A stretch of 64,000 nt of DNA from a virus. Location: positions 1-64,000 of IMG/VR virus record IMGVR_UViG_3300017783_000007; one strand, 5' to 3'. Below, in pieces: positions 8,840 to 18,930 of this stretch. The position numbers and the translations under genes are program-made. The notes under the pieces are model-generated. The model made no database searches and was not told the origin of the DNA. It was given only the letters and a program-made list of their open reading frames with translations. Numbering within the stretch: the first letter of the stretch is position 1; the number at the start of each line of letters is the position of its first letter.

Positions 8840-11117
8840 AGTTGCATTAGTAGAAACTAAACCTAGTCGTACAAATTTTGCAAGAGAGTTTGATGGCGCA
8901 TTTGAATTTGACCAGTATCAGCTATGCTCTGATGCGAGTATTAAAAAAGTATTGAAGAAAGATTGTGATATCGACATCAATACAGACGCCTACGAGTGGA
9001 TTGTTCTAGTCGGTAGTGATGCTTTGAAGTACTTTACTAAGATTAATTCAGTTACCGAATATTCTGGAAAGAAAGTAGAGGGTAAGTTCTTGCCTGTAAT
9101 CAATCCTGCTATGCTTGCCTTTAAGCCAGAGGCTCGTAAGACGTGGGAATCCTCCAAAGAAAGTATTGTAGCTCATATCAATGGCGAGATTGAAGATGTA
9201 ATTATTGATGAAAGTATTGCTATGGGCACCCAGGATACTGCCGTAGCAAAGGCTTGGATTCAAGCAGCCCTTGATGCAAACCCAGAATATATTGCCCTTG
9301 ACTCAGAAACAAATGGCTTATACCCTAGAAACGGTCACATGATTGGTATTTCTATGTCTTACACAGGCAAGGACGGTATCTATATTGATACTGACTGCTT
9401 TGATGAAGAGATAGAGGCAATGCTGCATGAGCTTTTCAAGACTCGCAAAGTAATCTTTCATAATGCTAAGTTTGACGTAGCTTTCTTCCAATATCACTTT
9501 GGCTTTGAGTTTCCAGACTTCGAAGACACAATGTTGCTCCATTACCTCATAGACGAGAATCCCGGAGGTCATGGGCTAAAGCAGCTATCTATTAAGTTCA
9601 CCCCCTATGGTGATTATGAAAAGCCAATGTATGATTGGATTGACCAATACAAGCGTGCGAATGGGTATAATCAGGAAAGTTTTTCTTGGGATATGATTCC
9701 CTTTGATGTAATGAAAACATATGCAGCTATGGATGCTGTATGTACTTTCCTTCTTTACGAAAAGTTTGTGAAGATTAAGCAAAACCCAAAACTCAAGTGG
9801 GTATACGATAATATTTTGATACCTGGAGTGCGCTTCCTTCTCAGCACACAAGATAATGGTGTGCCGTTTGACCGTGAGCGTCTTTTGGTAGCCCAAGAGC
9901 TAATGTTGAATGATATTGATGAAGCTATACAAGAACTCTATAAGGTGGATGCCATTCGTGAGTTTGAGAAAGCTCAGGGTAAGGATTTTAACCCAAACAG
10001 TACAGTACAACTGCGATCCTTGTTGTTCGATTATATAGGCCTACAGCCCACGGGCAAAAAGACGGGCACAGGAGCACACAGTACAGATGCAGAAGTGCTA
10101 CAAGAGTTAAGTGAAACCCATGAAGTACCTAAACACATTCTTAATATACGCCAGAAATCTAAGATCAAAAACACATACCTCGACAAGATTATCCCACAAC
10201 TCGACAGGGACTCTCGACTTCGTACTAATTTTAATCTACATGGTACTACTTCTGGACGTCTTTCTTCATCAGGTAAGCTAAATATGCAGCAGCTTCCTCG
10301 TGACAATCCTATTGTCAAAGGATGTATTAAAGCTGCACCAGGCAACAAAATTGTTGCAATGGACTTAACTACAGCAGAAGTATATGTTGCTGCTAAGTTG
10401 GCAGATGATAAAGCACTGATGGATGTATTCCGTAGTGGCGGAAACTTTCATAGTAGTATTGCTCATAAAGTATTCAGACTACCTTGCGAAGTAGAGCAAG
10501 TGGCAGAACTATATTCAACTCAAAGACAGGCGGCAAAAGCAGTTACTTTTGGTATTATGTATGGTGCTGGCCCTAAGAAAATTAGTGAACAAGTCACTAA
10601 GGACTCAGGAACATATTTCAGTGTATCAGAAGCTAAAGAAGTTATTGACGACTATTTCAAAGAATTCCACAAACTTAAAAAGTGGATTGAAGATAATCAA
10701 AAGTTTATTGAACAAAATGGGTTCGTATACTCGTATTTTGGACGAAAGCGACGACTACCAAATGTCGCATCTGAAGATGCGGGTATTCGCAGCCATAGTG
10801 TTCGTTCTGGTCTTAATTTCTTGGTACAGTCAACTGCTTCGGACATTAATCTACTAGGTGCGATAGATATGCATGAGCATATACGAGCTAACAAAATGGA
10901 AGCGCGTATTTTTGCTCTTGTGCATGACTCAATCCTTGCAGAAGTGCCAGAAGACGAAGTAGATGCGTACTCAGATGCATTAAGACATTACATTCAGCTA
11001 GATCGTGGAGTTTCTATTCCAGGCGCTCCCGTTGGCTGTGATTTCGATGTACATGAGGATTATTCTCTAGGTAAGTTCGAGAAACAATATGGTAATTACG
11101 TACAGTCGCTTGGCTAA
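8832..11117 (+). CDS. polA: Family A DNA polymerase (T5-like)
   Basis: Exonuclease DSET, HNAKFD, YAAMD; SGRLSSS; motif A DLTTAE; motif B RQAAKAVTFGIMYG (Phe at the E. coli 762-equivalent); motif C VHDS. Confidence 0.96.
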   Translation: MPKVALVETKPSRTNFAREFDGAFEFDQYQLCSDASIKKVLKKDCDIDINTDAYEWIVLVGSDALKYFTKINSVTEYSGKKVEGKFLPVINPAMLAFKPEARKTWESSKESIVAHINGEIEDVIIDESIAMGTQDTAVAKAWIQAALDANPEYIALDSETNGLYPRNGHMIGISMSYTGKDGIYIDTDCFDEEIEAMLHELFKTRKVIFHNAKFDVAFFQYHFGFEFPDFEDTMLLHYLIDENPGGHGLKQLSIKFTPYGDYEKPMYDWIDQYKRANGYNQESFSWDMIPFDVMKTYAAMDAVCTFLLYEKFVKIKQNPKLKWVYDNILIPGVRFLLSTQDNGVPFDRERLLVAQELMLNDIDEAIQELYKVDAIREFEKAQGKDFNPNSTVQLRSLLFDYIGLQPTGKKTGTGAHSTDAEVLQELSETHEVPKHILNIRQKSKIKNTYLDKIIPQLDRDSRLRTNFNLHGTTSGRLSSSGKLNMQQLPRDNPIVKGCIKAAPGNKIVAMDLTTAEVYVAAKLADDKALMDVFRSGGNFHSSIAHKVFRLPCEVEQVAELYSTQRQAAKAVTFGIMYGAGPKKISEQVTKDSGTYFSVSEAKEVIDDYFKEFHKLKKWIEDNQKFIEQNGFVYSYFGRKRRLPNVASEDAGIRSHSVRSGLNFLVQSTASDINLLGAIDMHEHIRANKMEARIFALVHDSILAEVPEDEVDAYSDALRHYIQLDRGVSIPGAPVGCDFDVHEDYSLGKFEKQYGNYVQSLG

Positions 11118-11583
11118 AGTGACTTTTCCTGTCTTTAGACTGGGATCTTCTAACTGGCATGTTCAGGATGGGTTGCTTTATCTAGATGGACTACTGTTGG
11201 ATGATAAGAATATGAAAGGAAATACGCTGGGTCTAAGAAGGCTACAGACCCCTTTCAATAATTTGTATAGACTGAACAAATCTTTGGATAGTTTAGTGGG
11301 AATACTGAAACAATCTAATAATACATTTATAGATAATGCAGGCAACCCTTTTCTTTATGAAAAGACTAGAAACTGCAAACTTATTTATAGAAAGATTAGA
11401 AAGATTGAAAGAAAAGATACTGCTGCCGTGCTTTGGCTAGAAGAGATAGGGCATCCCATGAGAGCTCCTAGGCCTCCAGCCCCCGAAATGGTATGGGCAG
11501 CAGTTCTCTACTTAAATGATGCACCTTGGATGATATATGAGTTTTCGGAAACTAAAAAACCTGACACTCGAAGAAAAGTATAA
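11089..11583 (+). CDS. Conserved T5-like hypothetical protein
   Basis: Syntenic between pol and D10 in T5-like phages; overlaps the pol end. Confidence 0.6.
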   Translation: MVITYSRLAKVTFPVFRLGSSNWHVQDGLLYLDGLLLDDKNMKGNTLGLRRLQTPFNNLYRLNKSLDSLVGILKQSNNTFIDNAGNPFLYEKTRNCKLIYRKIRKIERKDTAAVLWLEEIGHPMRAPRPPAPEMVWAAVLYLNDAPWMIYEFSETKKPDTRRKV

Positions 11584-11586
11584 ATT

Positions 11587-12246
11587 ATGGCAAAACGAAA
11601 CAGAACTCTTGCTGGTGCAAGTCTTGTATTACAAGAAATTGAGCCACTAACTCAGAATCAGTTAATAGCATTTGACAGTGAGAAGCATATGCTGCTCCAC
11701 GGGGTCGCAGGAACTGGAAAAACTTTCATTTCCTGCTATCTAGCTTTTGACGATATGGTAAAAGGTCAGTATGAAAAATTAATCTTAATTAGAAGTGCTG
11801 TCCCTACCAGAGATATTGGCTTTTTGCCCGGCAATGAAAAAGAAAAGAGCGCTATCTATGAAGCCCCCTATAAAGATATAGCTGTAGAGCTATTTCAAAG
11901 AGGAGACGCTTATGAAATCCTAAAGACAAAAGGAATAGTTCATTTTATGACAACTTCTTTTATTAGAGGAGTTACTCTTAGAGATGCAGTAATCATCGTA
12001 GATGAGTGTCAGAACATGACATTTCATGAGCTTGACTCTATAATTACTCGAGTAGGACAAAACTGTAGGGTTATCTTTTGTGGTGACTTTAGGCAGTCTG
12101 ATCTAAATAAGAATGGTTTGAAAGATTTTGTAAGAATTTTGAAAGCTATGGAATCTTTTGACTTGATTGATTTCGAGATAAAAGATATTGTAAGAAGTGA
12201 CTTTGTTAAGAGTTATATAACCGCAAAAACAGATTTAGGACTATAG
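11587..12246 (+). CDS. phoH: PhoH-family ATPase
   Basis: GVAGTGKT, IGFLPG, RGVT, DECQN, GD.RQSD, DIVRS. Confidence 0.93.
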   Translation: MAKRNRTLAGASLVLQEIEPLTQNQLIAFDSEKHMLLHGVAGTGKTFISCYLAFDDMVKGQYEKLILIRSAVPTRDIGFLPGNEKEKSAIYEAPYKDIAVELFQRGDAYEILKTKGIVHFMTTSFIRGVTLRDAVIIVDECQNMTFHELDSIITRVGQNCRVIFCGDFRQSDLNKNGLKDFVRILKAMESFDLIDFEIKDIVRSDFVKSYITAKTDLGL

Positions 12247-13392
12247 ATGGATAGAACAATATTATCAATTCTTGAAAAAGAGAAAGAGAGACAAGAGCAC
12301 GCTCTTGAATTAATTGCTAGCGAGAATTTTGCTAGTGAAGCTGTTCGTGCCCTTTGTGGTAGTGTTTTTACAAATAAATATGCGGAAGGTTACCCAGGCA
12401 AACGTTACTACAATGGCTGCGAGCATATGGACGAAATAGAGCAATTAGCAATTGATTCTGTTTGTATGTTATATGATTGTAGCTATGCAAATGTACAGCC
12501 TCATAGCGGGGTTAATGCAAATACTGCGGTATTCCAAGCTTTTCTGAAACCAGGGGATAGAATTCTTGGTATGGATTTGGCTAGTGGCGGACATCTTAGC
12601 CATGGCGCCCCTCCAACTCTAAGTGGTAAAGTGTATGAAGCACACACATATGGAGTAAACAACGAGGGCTGGCTAGACTATGACGCTATTCTTGAGCAAG
12701 CAAAAGTAGTGAAGCCAAAACTAATTATTGCAGGGGCTAGTGCATACTCCCGCCAGATAGATTGGGCAAAGTTTAGGGAAATAGCAGATGCAGTAGACGC
12801 TTTTCTTATGTGTGATATGGCTCATTACAGTGGGTTAGTTGCTGGAAATGGATATGATAGTCCTCTTCCTTTTGCTGACGTAGTAACAAGTACAACACAT
12901 AAAACCCTTAGAGGCCCAAGAGGTGGTATGATTTTGTGGAATAACTCTGATTTTACAAAGAAAATTAATAGTGCAATATTTCCTGGTACTCAAGGAGGCC
13001 CACTAATGAATATTATAGCTGCAAAAGCACAATGTTACAGCGAGGCTCTTGATCCTTGTTTTGATGTTTATATCCAAGATGTATTAGATAATGCTAAATC
13101 TATGGCGAGTGTTTTTACAGAAAAAGGTTATAATATTATCAGCGGAGGCACAGATAGTCACATACTACTGCTAGACCTTAGTAATAAGTCTTTGAGCGGC
13201 AGACGGGCTGCTGATATGCTTGAAGAGAATGGTATTACTGTTAATAAAAATGGAGTACCTAATGATCCTCGTAGCTTTGTAGAGACAAGCGGTATTCGTA
13301 TAGGTACAGCGGCAGAAACAACTCGAGGCCGCACTGCAGAGGATTTTGCAGCTATAGCTGAGCATATGGTAAATATCATGGAAGGCGAATGA
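12247..13392 (+). CDS. glyA: Serine hydroxymethyltransferase
   Basis: LIASEN, NKYAEGYPGKRYY, GGHLSHG, DMAH, PLP lysine in TTHKTLRGPRGG, FPGTQGGP, SGIRIGT. Confidence 0.97.
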   Translation: MDRTILSILEKEKERQEHALELIASENFASEAVRALCGSVFTNKYAEGYPGKRYYNGCEHMDEIEQLAIDSVCMLYDCSYANVQPHSGVNANTAVFQAFLKPGDRILGMDLASGGHLSHGAPPTLSGKVYEAHTYGVNNEGWLDYDAILEQAKVVKPKLIIAGASAYSRQIDWAKFREIADAVDAFLMCDMAHYSGLVAGNGYDSPLPFADVVTSTTHKTLRGPRGGMILWNNSDFTKKINSAIFPGTQGGPLMNIIAAKAQCYSEALDPCFDVYIQDVLDNAKSMASVFTEKGYNIISGGTDSHILLLDLSNKSLSGRRAADMLEENGITVNKNGVPNDPRSFVETSGIRIGTAAETTRGRTAEDFAAIAEHMVNIMEGE

Positions 13393-14672
13393 AAGCAGTA
13401 ATCAGCAATAGAATTTACTTGGAAGTTACGAATGAGTATAAAGATTTTTTAAACAAAGAGTTAACTTATACAATTCCTAGCTATAATCCGAAGGATCCTC
13501 CTTTAGTAATTAAAAATATGGCTCGTGTAAAGACTAACTTAGTTACTATTCCTGTGGGTCGTACGGATTTAATACCCGAGGACTATGAAATTGTTGATAA
13601 ACGAGTAGAGGTCCGCGAAGACTTCCCAGAATTCAAGTTTCCTTTACGAGAGAGCCAACAAGCAGTATTTGATGAGATTGAAGACAACGCTATAATTAAC
13701 GCATGGGTAAGCTGGGGTAAAACATTTACAGGGCTAGCTATAGCTGGAAAGCTGGGACAGAAAACCCTAGTTGTGACTCACACTGTTCCTCTGAGAAATC
13801 AGTGGGCAAAGGAAGTAGAGAAAGTATATGGAATCACCCCCAGTATTATCGGAAGCGGTAGCTTTGATCTTTCTGGTCCTGTGGTTATTGGGAACACTCA
13901 AACTCTTTACCGTAATCTTCCCGCTATACGTAAAGTATTTGGCACAATTATCTTGGACGAAATGCATCATGTCTCGTCTCCGACGTTTTCGAAGATAATA
14001 GACACTAACTATGCTAGATACAAGATAGGCTTGTCGGGTACGATTGAGCGAAAAGATGGTAAACATGTAGTTTTTAGAGATTACTTTGGTAATACGCTAT
14101 TTAAGCCACCCAAAGAAAACTTTATGCCACCCACTATTCACATTCTAAGATCCGAGGTAAGATTCATGGATGGTAATAGAACTCCTTGGGCAAACCGAGT
14201 GACACAATTAGCAAACAATGATGAATATCGACATACTATTGCCATGACTGCTGCGGCCTACGCCGCAAAAGGGCACAAAGTATTGGTCGTAAGCGATCGA
14301 GTTCACTTCTTAAAAGCATGCGCCGAACTGGCAGGTGAACGCGCTATTTGTGTTACGGGTGAGGTTTCGCATGAGGACAGAGAAACGTACTTGTCTGAAA
14401 TTAGAAGCGGTAATAAAGATATTCTTTTTGGTACTCAAGCAATATTTTCGGAAGGTATTTCAGTAAACAATCTGAGTTGTCTAATACTAGGCACTCCGAT
14501 TAACAATGAACCTCTTCTTACTCAGCTTATTGGCAGAGTAATAAGAAAAGAAGAGGGCAAGAGAGATCCTGTAGTAATAGACATACATTTAAAGGGGAAT
14601 ACTGCCAAAAAGCAGGCTTCTAATAGGATGGGTCATTATATGAAACAGGGTTATTCAATAAAGCAACTATAA
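13389..14672 (+). CDS. T5 D10-like SF2 helicase
   Basis: SWGKT, DEMH, SGT, QLIGRVIR; T5 synteny. Confidence 0.9.
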   Translation: MKAVISNRIYLEVTNEYKDFLNKELTYTIPSYNPKDPPLVIKNMARVKTNLVTIPVGRTDLIPEDYEIVDKRVEVREDFPEFKFPLRESQQAVFDEIEDNAIINAWVSWGKTFTGLAIAGKLGQKTLVVTHTVPLRNQWAKEVEKVYGITPSIIGSGSFDLSGPVVIGNTQTLYRNLPAIRKVFGTIILDEMHHVSSPTFSKIIDTNYARYKIGLSGTIERKDGKHVVFRDYFGNTLFKPPKENFMPPTIHILRSEVRFMDGNRTPWANRVTQLANNDEYRHTIAMTAAAYAAKGHKVLVVSDRVHFLKACAELAGERAICVTGEVSHEDRETYLSEIRSGNKDILFGTQAIFSEGISVNNLSCLILGTPINNEPLLTQLIGRVIRKEEGKRDPVVIDIHLKGNTAKKQASNRMGHYMKQGYSIKQL

Positions 14673-14712
14673 AAAAATAGTTCTTGACTTCAACCTCACA
14701 TTTTAGTATAAT
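14671..14712 (+). promoter_or_regulatory. Sigma70-type promoter
   Basis: AAAAAAATAGTTC-TTGACT-N17-TATAAT. Confidence 0.85.
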
Positions 14713-14714
14713 AT

Positions 14715-15122
14715 ATGTTCTTATTTGACTGGACGAAAATCTACATAGAGAGCGATGGCAACGTCGTGGAAACTGTGCGCATTTTGCGTATGCTTGTCGA
14801 AAGACAAATACCTAGAAATCGCAAAGACCCTATCTATGGATATTCGCAGAAAAACTTTTCTGGGCGCAGCTTCCTGCTGCATCCTGACGTCCTTCTATAC
14901 CATTCTTATAAGTACACGTATCGTGAAGTAGCCCAATACATTGCGTTGGCTGCCTTGCGTTCGTACGCTGATTATATTAGCAACCAAAAAATAACCCTTG
15001 ACCTCGTGTTTATGCCCGGGGATCAAGGACTATCAATTATAGAAAATAATAGGCTACTTTATTTAGAGGATGACCAAGTTCATTTTCTTTACGAAGAAGT
15101 CAACAATATGGAGATACATTAA
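14715..15122 (+). CDS. Conserved T5-like hypothetical protein
   Basis: FLFDW N-terminus and LAALRSYADY resemble the T5 gene before D11. Confidence 0.6.
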   Translation: MFLFDWTKIYIESDGNVVETVRILRMLVERQIPRNRKDPIYGYSQKNFSGRSFLLHPDVLLYHSYKYTYREVAQYIALAALRSYADYISNQKITLDLVFMPGDQGLSIIENNRLLYLEDDQVHFLYEEVNNMEIH

Positions 15123-15755
15123 ATGGCTATTTCATTTAACCAACAGAAGGGTTCTGCCCAAAAAAGTTCTATCAGTAGCTTTCAGTATACTGATGGAGAT
15201 AATAAATTTCGCCTGGTAGGGGATATCCTTGCACGGTATGTGTACTGGGTAAAAGGTGAGAATGATAAGAATATTCCTCTCGAATGTCTGTCTTTCGACC
15301 GAAACAAAGAAACCTTCAATAACATGGAGAAAGATTGGGTTCGGGAGTATTACCCTGACCTCAAGTGTGGCTGGAGCTATGCTACTCAGTGCATCGACAA
15401 CGGTCAGGTCAAAGTTGTAAATCTAAAGAAGAAACTGTGGGAGCAAATTATTACTGCCGCAGAAGATTTAGGAGATCCTACTGATCCTGATACTGGCTGG
15501 GATGTTTGCTTTAAGCGAGTAAAGACTGGACCTCTGCCTTACAATGTAGAGTACCAGCTACAAGCATTGAAGTGCAAGCCCCGTGCGTTGGAAGATGATG
15601 AGCTTTCTTTAATTGCTGAACTTAAGTCTATGGATGAAGTTATGCCTCGTCCTACTCCAGATGCTCAAAAAGAGTTGCTGGATCGCGTCCGTGATAATGC
15701 TGGCGCAGCTAATGAGATTGATGAAAGCATTGAAGAAGAGTTCAAAATCGGATGA
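15123..15755 (+). CDS. T5 D11-like putative ssDNA-binding protein
   Basis: RYVYW, DPTD...GWD..FKRVKTGP...NVEY; acidic C-terminal tail. Confidence 0.8.
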   Translation: MAISFNQQKGSAQKSSISSFQYTDGDNKFRLVGDILARYVYWVKGENDKNIPLECLSFDRNKETFNNMEKDWVREYYPDLKCGWSYATQCIDNGQVKVVNLKKKLWEQIITAAEDLGDPTDPDTGWDVCFKRVKTGPLPYNVEYQLQALKCKPRALEDDELSLIAELKSMDEVMPRPTPDAQKELLDRVRDNAGAANEIDESIEEEFKIG

Positions 15756-16711
15756 TTTTATTTACGGCAGACTGGCATATTAAGCTAGGGCAAAAGAATG
15801 TGCCACGAGAGTGGGCATTAAATCGCTATAATATGTTCTTTGATCAAGTGCATAGCTATTGCAAACAGTGTGACTCCCATATTATTGGGGGAGACTTGTT
15901 TGATCGTCTGCCTAGTATGGAAGAGCTGGAACTTTACTTTTCGTTTATTCGGAATGTTAAAGTTCCCACCATAATCTACGACGGAAATCATGAAGCAACA
16001 AAGAAGAATAAAACATTCTTCAGTCAGCTAAAGCAAGTCAGCAGGGATATTAACCCTCTGATTCATATAGTTGATGTTTCTTACATTGATGAAGATGTAG
16101 GTTTTGGTGTACTTCCTTATGCAGATTTGCACAGAAAAGAGAGTATTGAGCGTTTCAACACTTCTCAGCCTTTGTTCACTCATGTTAGAGGAGAGATTCC
16201 TCCGCATGTAAAGCCAGAGGTAGATTTAGACAGGTTTTCAGAATTTCCCGTAGTGTTTGCAGGTGATCTTCATGCTCACAGCAATACTCAAAGAAACATA
16301 GTGTACCCTGGAAGCCCGATGACTACTTCCTTTCACAGAAAAGAGGTCTCAACGGGGTGTCTGTTTATTAATGAAAAAGATTGGAGCTGGATATGGGAGC
16401 CTTTTGATCTTCCTCAGCTTATTCGTAAAACAGTCACAAACCCAGAAGATATGATACCTACTGACTATCATCATACTATTTATGAAATAGAGGGTGATAT
16501 ACAAGAATTGGCCTCTGTAGAAAACTCAGAATTACTGGATAAAAAGGTAATAAAGCGTAACTCGGAGGCATCTTTGGTTATTGATAAAGATATGACCATA
16601 GAAGAAGAACTAGTAGAGTATCTAACTTATATTCTAGAAATACCAGATAACAAAGTAGCTGACATAGTAGGAACTTATAATGATTACGCTCAAAAAACTG
16701 AAATGGAGTAA
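15752..16711 (+). CDS. T5 D12-like Mre11/SbcD nuclease
   Basis: DWH, GDLFD, GNHE and GDLH metallophosphoesterase motifs. Confidence 0.92.
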   Translation: MILFTADWHIKLGQKNVPREWALNRYNMFFDQVHSYCKQCDSHIIGGDLFDRLPSMEELELYFSFIRNVKVPTIIYDGNHEATKKNKTFFSQLKQVSRDINPLIHIVDVSYIDEDVGFGVLPYADLHRKESIERFNTSQPLFTHVRGEIPPHVKPEVDLDRFSEFPVVFAGDLHAHSNTQRNIVYPGSPMTTSFHRKEVSTGCLFINEKDWSWIWEPFDLPQLIRKTVTNPEDMIPTDYHHTIYEIEGDIQELASVENSELLDKKVIKRNSEASLVIDKDMTIEEELVEYLTYILEIPDNKVADIVGTYNDYAQKTEME

Positions 16712-18482
16712 CTGCTTCAGCTATGGACCAGATAATGAACTAGATCTGGAAGATAATACAGTAACGCAAATCATTGGTACAAACGGTATGGGGAAGTCCT
16801 CCATACCGTTAATCATTGAGGAAGTTTTGTATAATAAGAACTCTAAAGGAATCAAGAAAGCAGATATCCCAAATCGCTATATCAATAACGGATATAGTAT
16901 AGAACTTAGCTTTGAGAAAGACGGTAATGAGTATCGTATTGGCGTAGACAGAAAAAGCAATATCAAAGTAAAGCTGGAAAAGGACGGAGAAGATATTTCT
17001 AGTCATACAGCTACAAATACGTATAAGAGTATTCAAGAAGTTATTGGTATTGACTTTAAAACATTCTCGCAGCTTGTGTACCAAAATACAAATGCGAGCT
17101 TGCAGTTTCTTACAGCCACTGATACTAACAGGAAAAAGTTTTTAATTGATTTACTACACCTTGATAACTATGTCAATTTATTTGAGGTATTTAAAGAGGC
17201 AGCAAAGGAGTCTAACTCTAGGATTGTCGAGGTAAACTCAGAAATTGCAACAATTGAAAAATGGTTACAAAATAATAAATTAGATAGTACGATAGTACTG
17301 CCCTTGTTAGATTTTGAAATTGATACGGAAGAAGATGAGAAAACTTTCCGTTCTCTATCAGTAGAACTTGAAAATATCTCTGAAAAAAATAAAAAAATCT
17401 TACAAAACAATCAATATAAAAATATGCTGTCCAGCATAGATATTAACCAGGTGCAGACTGCTTTACATCAGTTGCCCCCTGCTGAGTCATATGATAAGTA
17501 TCAGAGCGACTTAGGGCAGCTAAATGCAGGAATAAAGTCCGCTAACAGCATGTTAGACAAGCTGTTAAGGCTAGAGGATAAGTGTCCTACCTGTGAGCAG
17601 GATATTGATGCAGAGTTTAAGAATGAGTTAGTGCAGTCCGAAAAGACTAAGCTAGCTAAATTAGATAGCGATAAAGACTTTAACGAAGACATGATACGGC
17701 AGATAAAAAGAAACAATAATTCTAGGCTTAATTTATCTAAAGCACAAAAGGAGTGGGAAGACCTTTATAGAGGTATAGACAACTCTTTGCCAAATCAAAT
17801 ATTAGACAAAAAAGAATTGTCGGATAACTTGGCAGAGCTTAAAACTAAGCTAGTAGCAGCAAAAGCAGAGCTAGCTAAGATTGCAAAAGAAAATGAAGCT
17901 AGAACTAGATCTAATACTCGTATCGAAATAATTCAAGCCCAAACAGATGGCTTTTTAGATAACTTAAAAAAATCTCAGCAAATACTAGAAGAACAACGGC
18001 AGTTGGATTCTAATTTGGATGTACTTAAAAAAGCATTCAGTACGAATGGATTACTAGCGTATAAAATAGAAAATCTTGTAAAGGAATTAGAAGAGCTAGC
18101 TAACACGTACCTTGCAGAGCTATCCGATGGGCGTTTTACACTACAATTTATTGTTTCAAACGATAAGCTAAATGTACAGATAACCGATAATGAAAATGTA
18201 GTAGATATTCTAGCACTTTCCTCAGGTGAGCTAGCTAGAGTAAATACTGCCACTCTCATAGCGATTAGAAAGCTGATGAGCAGCATCTCTAAATCTAGAA
18301 TTAATATCCTATTTTTAGATGAAGTTATTAATGTACTGGATGACACAGGTCGGGAGAAGCTAGTAGAGGTTTTGCTCACGGAAGAGCTGAATACTTATGT
18401 AGTTTCTCACGGCTGGACTCATCCCTTGCTCGAAAAAATTGAAGTAGTAAAACAAGGCAACGTAAGTGCATTAGACAAGTAG
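16680..18482 (+). CDS. T5 D13-like Rad50/SbcC ATPase
   Basis: GTNGMGKS, coiled coil with CPTC Zn hook, LSSGE signature, LFLDE. Confidence 0.93.
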   Translation: MITLKKLKWSNCFSYGPDNELDLEDNTVTQIIGTNGMGKSSIPLIIEEVLYNKNSKGIKKADIPNRYINNGYSIELSFEKDGNEYRIGVDRKSNIKVKLEKDGEDISSHTATNTYKSIQEVIGIDFKTFSQLVYQNTNASLQFLTATDTNRKKFLIDLLHLDNYVNLFEVFKEAAKESNSRIVEVNSEIATIEKWLQNNKLDSTIVLPLLDFEIDTEEDEKTFRSLSVELENISEKNKKILQNNQYKNMLSSIDINQVQTALHQLPPAESYDKYQSDLGQLNAGIKSANSMLDKLLRLEDKCPTCEQDIDAEFKNELVQSEKTKLAKLDSDKDFNEDMIRQIKRNNNSRLNLSKAQKEWEDLYRGIDNSLPNQILDKKELSDNLAELKTKLVAAKAELAKIAKENEARTRSNTRIEIIQAQTDGFLDNLKKSQQILEEQRQLDSNLDVLKKAFSTNGLLAYKIENLVKELEELANTYLAELSDGRFTLQFIVSNDKLNVQITDNENVVDILALSSGELARVNTATLIAIRKLMSSISKSRINILFLDEVINVLDDTGREKLVEVLLTEELNTYVVSHGWTHPLLEKIEVVKQGNVSALDK

Positions 18483-18483
18483 T

Positions 18484-18930
18484 ATGGTTGATTCAAGAGC
18501 AAAAGGTGCTAGAGGTGAGTATATTGTAAGAGATATGCTTAGAGAATACACTGATCTTCAGTTCGAGAGAGTGCCTAATTCAGGCGCTCTTGAGTACTTA
18601 AAAGGTGATCTTTATGTACCCCACGAGAAAAACAGATTCTGCATAGAAGTAAAAAACTATGCAGAGTCTCCCTTAACAGATAGAATATTTACAGCACCTA
18701 AAACTAACAACCTAATTAAGTGGTGGAAAAAACTAAAAGAGCAAGCAACGGGAGGTAATCAAGAGCCCCTGCTATTTTTTAAGTATAATAGATCCCCTGT
18801 ATTTGTAGTTACCGAAGAAAAACCAGTGACTACCCTACAATACATGCAGATTAAGTTTTTGGATTGTTATGTTCTACTAGCCGAAGACTGGCTAAAAACA
18901 GAAGAAATGGATTTTTTATATGGCGTTTAA
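18484..18930 (+). CDS. T5 D14-like PD-(D/E)XK endonuclease (putative resolvase)
   Basis: SRAKGARGE, SGA...KGD, IEVK. Confidence 0.82.
   Translation: MVDSRAKGARGEYIVRDMLREYTDLQFERVPNSGALEYLKGDLYVPHEKNRFCIEVKNYAESPLTDRIFTAPKTNNLIKWWKKLKEQATGGNQEPLLFFKYNRSPVFVVTEEKPVTTLQYMQIKFLDCYVLLAEDWLKTEEMDFLYGV

Noticed and set aside
11587-13392. phoH-glyA as host contamination
   Set aside because: Tightly joined to phage genes on both sides (ATGA overlap with D10) with no visible compositional break.
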